A stretch of 64,000 nucleotides of DNA from Terriglobia bacterium (GTDB lineage: Bacteria > Acidobacteriota > Terriglobia > Acidiferrales > UBA7541): positions 896,001-960,000 of the forward strand of contig OY968796.1 of NCBI GenBank assembly GCA_963695545.1. Direction: 5' to 3'. Numbering within the stretch: the first letter of the stretch is position 1; each line of letters starts with the position of its first letter. Below the pieces are notes generated by a model. The model was not told the origin of the DNA and did not search any database. It saw nothing but the letters and a program-made list of their open reading frames with translations. Made by a program: the position numbers and the translations under genes. Below are positions 62,091 to 64,000 of the stretch, one piece after another.

Positions 62091-62948
62091 TTGCGGGAGA
62101 GCGTGAGCCGGGATCAGACCTTGCAAGAAAAAGTCTCCTGGTTGCAAAGGCAGGCGAACCGAATTCGCATTTCAAGCCTTCGGATGGTGCACGCCGCCAA
62201 TCTGGGCCACCCCGGCGGCGATCTTTCCTCAGCCGACATTTTGGCGACTCTTTATCTGGCAGTTCTGCGCGTCGACAAGACGCGGCCCGACGCGCCGGAT
62301 CGCGATCGCTTCATCATGAGCAAGGGACATTGCTCTGGAGCGCTTTATTCGACGTTGGCCGCGGCGGGAATTCTGCAGCAATCCTCGTTGGACACGTACA
62401 TGAAACCGCTCTCGCCGCTGAACGGACATCCGGATCGAAACAAAGTTCCGGGTGTCGAAGCCAATACCGGACCTCTGGGTCACGGGTTGCCGATCGCCGT
62501 CGGCTGCGCGATGGCCGGGAAAATCGATTCCGCGGCGTGGCGCGTATTCGTGCTCACCGGCGATGGCGAACTACAGGAAGGCAGCAATTGGGAAGCGGCC
62601 ATGGCCGCAGCGCACTACAAACTCGACAATTTGACCCTAATCGTCGATCGCAACGGGATCCAGCAGGGCGACTTCACGGAAAACACGATCCGCATGGAGC
62701 CGCTTGCGGACAAGTGGCGCGCTTTTGGTTGGAGCGTGCGTGAAGTGAACGGCAACGACCCCGCTGGGCTGCTTGCGTGCTTTGAAAGCTTGCCGGCGGA
62801 AACGGGAAAACCCACCTGTGTGATTGCACACACGGAAAAAGGATACGGCGTCTCTTTCATTCGCAATCGGCCTGAGTGGCATCACCACGTCCCCACTGCG
62901 GCAGAGCTTGAGGCCGCGATTCGCGAGCTTGAGGCGCGCGCGGAGTGA
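62091..62948 (+). CDS. Split transketolase, N-terminal (ThDP-binding) subunit; apulose-4-phosphate transketolase A-like
   Basis: GHPGGDLS, DRFIMSKGH, NGHP, TGPLGHG and GDGELQEG..WEA motifs. Confidence 0.9.
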   Translation: MRESVSRDQTLQEKVSWLQRQANRIRISSLRMVHAANLGHPGGDLSSADILATLYLAVLRVDKTRPDAPDRDRFIMSKGHCSGALYSTLAAAGILQQSSLDTYMKPLSPLNGHPDRNKVPGVEANTGPLGHGLPIAVGCAMAGKIDSAAWRVFVLTGDGELQEGSNWEAAMAAAHYKLDNLTLIVDRNGIQQGDFTENTIRMEPLADKWRAFGWSVREVNGNDPAGLLACFESLPAETGKPTCVIAHTEKGYGVSFIRNRPEWHHHVPTAAELEAAIRELEARAE

Positions 62949-63892
62949 GTGAACTTTTCGATTGCCGGGACGCCTTTTCTCAAACGCTCGAGGAACTCGC
63001 CGCGAACGACCCACGCGTCGTCGCCGTCGTGAACGATTCGGTGAGTTCGACGAAGCTGAAGAATTTCAGCAAGCGGTTTCCCAATCGCTTCATCAACGTC
63101 GGGATCGCTGAGCAGAACATGGTGGGCGTGGGCGCGGGCCTGGCCAACGGAGGCAAATTACCGTTCGTCTGCGCGGCTTCCTGCTTTATGACGGCGAGAG
63201 CCATGGAGCAGATCAAAGTGGATCTCGGATACTCGCGCTACAACGTGAAACTCTGCGGAATGTCCAGCGGAATGGCATACGGAGAATTGGGCCCGACGCA
63301 TCACTCGATTGAAGACCTGGCCTGGATGCGCGCGATTCCGAATCTGACGGTCGTCGTTCCTGCGGACCCGATTGAAACGCGATCGGCGATGGAGGCCATC
63401 GCGCGGTACGAAGGTCCGGTGTTTTTTCGTCTGAGCCGCATGCCTGTGCCCAATATCCATCCGCGCGATTACCGGTACGAAATCGGCAAGTCGGTGCGCC
63501 TGCGCGAAGGCGACGACATCACTTTGGTCGCGAACGGCGTACTGGTGTCCCGCGCGCTGGAAGCGGCCGATGTGCTCGAACGGAGTGGCATCTCAGCTCG
63601 CGTGATCAATATGTCCACCGTGAAGCCGCTCGACCGCGCCGCGATTATTGATGCGGCGACGACTACCGGAGGGATCGTAACGGTGGAAGAACACTCGATC
63701 TACGGCGGACTCGGCGGCGCGATTGCGGAAGTTGTGGCAACGACTTGCCCGGTGCGAATGCGAATTCTCGGCGTACCCGGCGAATTTGCGCCGACAGGTA
63801 CTGAAGAATTTCTGCTCGAGCATTTTGGATTGACGGCGCAAGGCATCGCGAAGGCAGCCGTTGAACTTCTCGAGGTCGTGCGACGCGTATGA
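62945..63892 (+). CDS. Split transketolase, C-terminal subunit; apulose-4-phosphate transketolase B-like
   Basis: NVGIAEQNM, RAMEQIK, LGPTHHSIED, VKPLD and EEHS..GGLG motifs. Confidence 0.9.
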   Translation: MSELFDCRDAFSQTLEELAANDPRVVAVVNDSVSSTKLKNFSKRFPNRFINVGIAEQNMVGVGAGLANGGKLPFVCAASCFMTARAMEQIKVDLGYSRYNVKLCGMSSGMAYGELGPTHHSIEDLAWMRAIPNLTVVVPADPIETRSAMEAIARYEGPVFFRLSRMPVPNIHPRDYRYEIGKSVRLREGDDITLVANGVLVSRALEAADVLERSGISARVINMSTVKPLDRAAIIDAATTTGGIVTVEEHSIYGGLGGAIAEVVATTCPVRMRILGVPGEFAPTGTEEFLLEHFGLTAQGIAKAAVELLEVVRRV

Positions 63893-64000
63893 GCGCGCAG
63901 TACATTCTGGCGATCGATCAGGGCACGACTAACACCAAAGCTGTGTTGGTCGATGCCGCGGGACGTCCGGTTTTTCGGGCCTCGGCGCCGGTTCGCGTCA
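63889..64000 (+). CDS. FGGY/glycerol kinase family carbohydrate kinase (partial; apulose kinase-like)
   Basis: Not in the ORF track. Reads MSAQYILAIDQGTTNTKAVLVDAAG... and overlaps the transketolase B stop (ATGA). Confidence 0.85.
   Translation, partial: MSAQYILAIDQGTTNTKAVLVDAAGRPVFRASAPVRV

Overview
GC-rich bacterial DNA, most likely Acidobacteriota (Terriglobia-like). This is an inference from the Oar-type TonB-dependent receptor, the wHTH-malectin regulator and the style of the palindromic repeats. Positions 1-17.7 kb look like core genome. They hold a homocysteine methyltransferase (partial), cystathionine beta-synthase, RidA, a DPP-IV peptidase, a DUF4139 protein and an ECF sigma/zinc-finger anti-sigma pair surrounded by several families of REP-like palindromes. 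They also hold a Tat-exported PaoABC-like molybdoenzyme operon with an extra cytochrome b, and tRNA-Ser(GCT). An 18-bp duplication of the tRNA 3' end at 27821-27838 brackets a ~10 kb integrase-less island carrying a polysaccharide-utilisation locus: two glycoside hydrolases, a TonB-dependent receptor and a transmembrane malectin sensor. Next come a fur-katG/redox block (28-35.6 kb) and a signalling/general-stress block (35.9-52.2 kb). The signalling block has a diguanylate cyclase, MlaEFD, stand-alone receivers and a 2105-aa poly-HAMP hybrid kinase. Carbonic anhydrase, MPG glycosylase and gene remnants follow. The last block (54.5-64 kb) is a sugar catabolic locus. In it, two signal-peptide-less 'solute-binding' proteins are translationally coupled to a family III CoA-transferase, with MaoC, a Gfo/Idh/MocA dehydrogenase, a RhaT transporter and IclR. 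Beside them lie apulose-type split transketolase and FGGY kinase genes. This last locus is the best candidate for an undescribed pathway.
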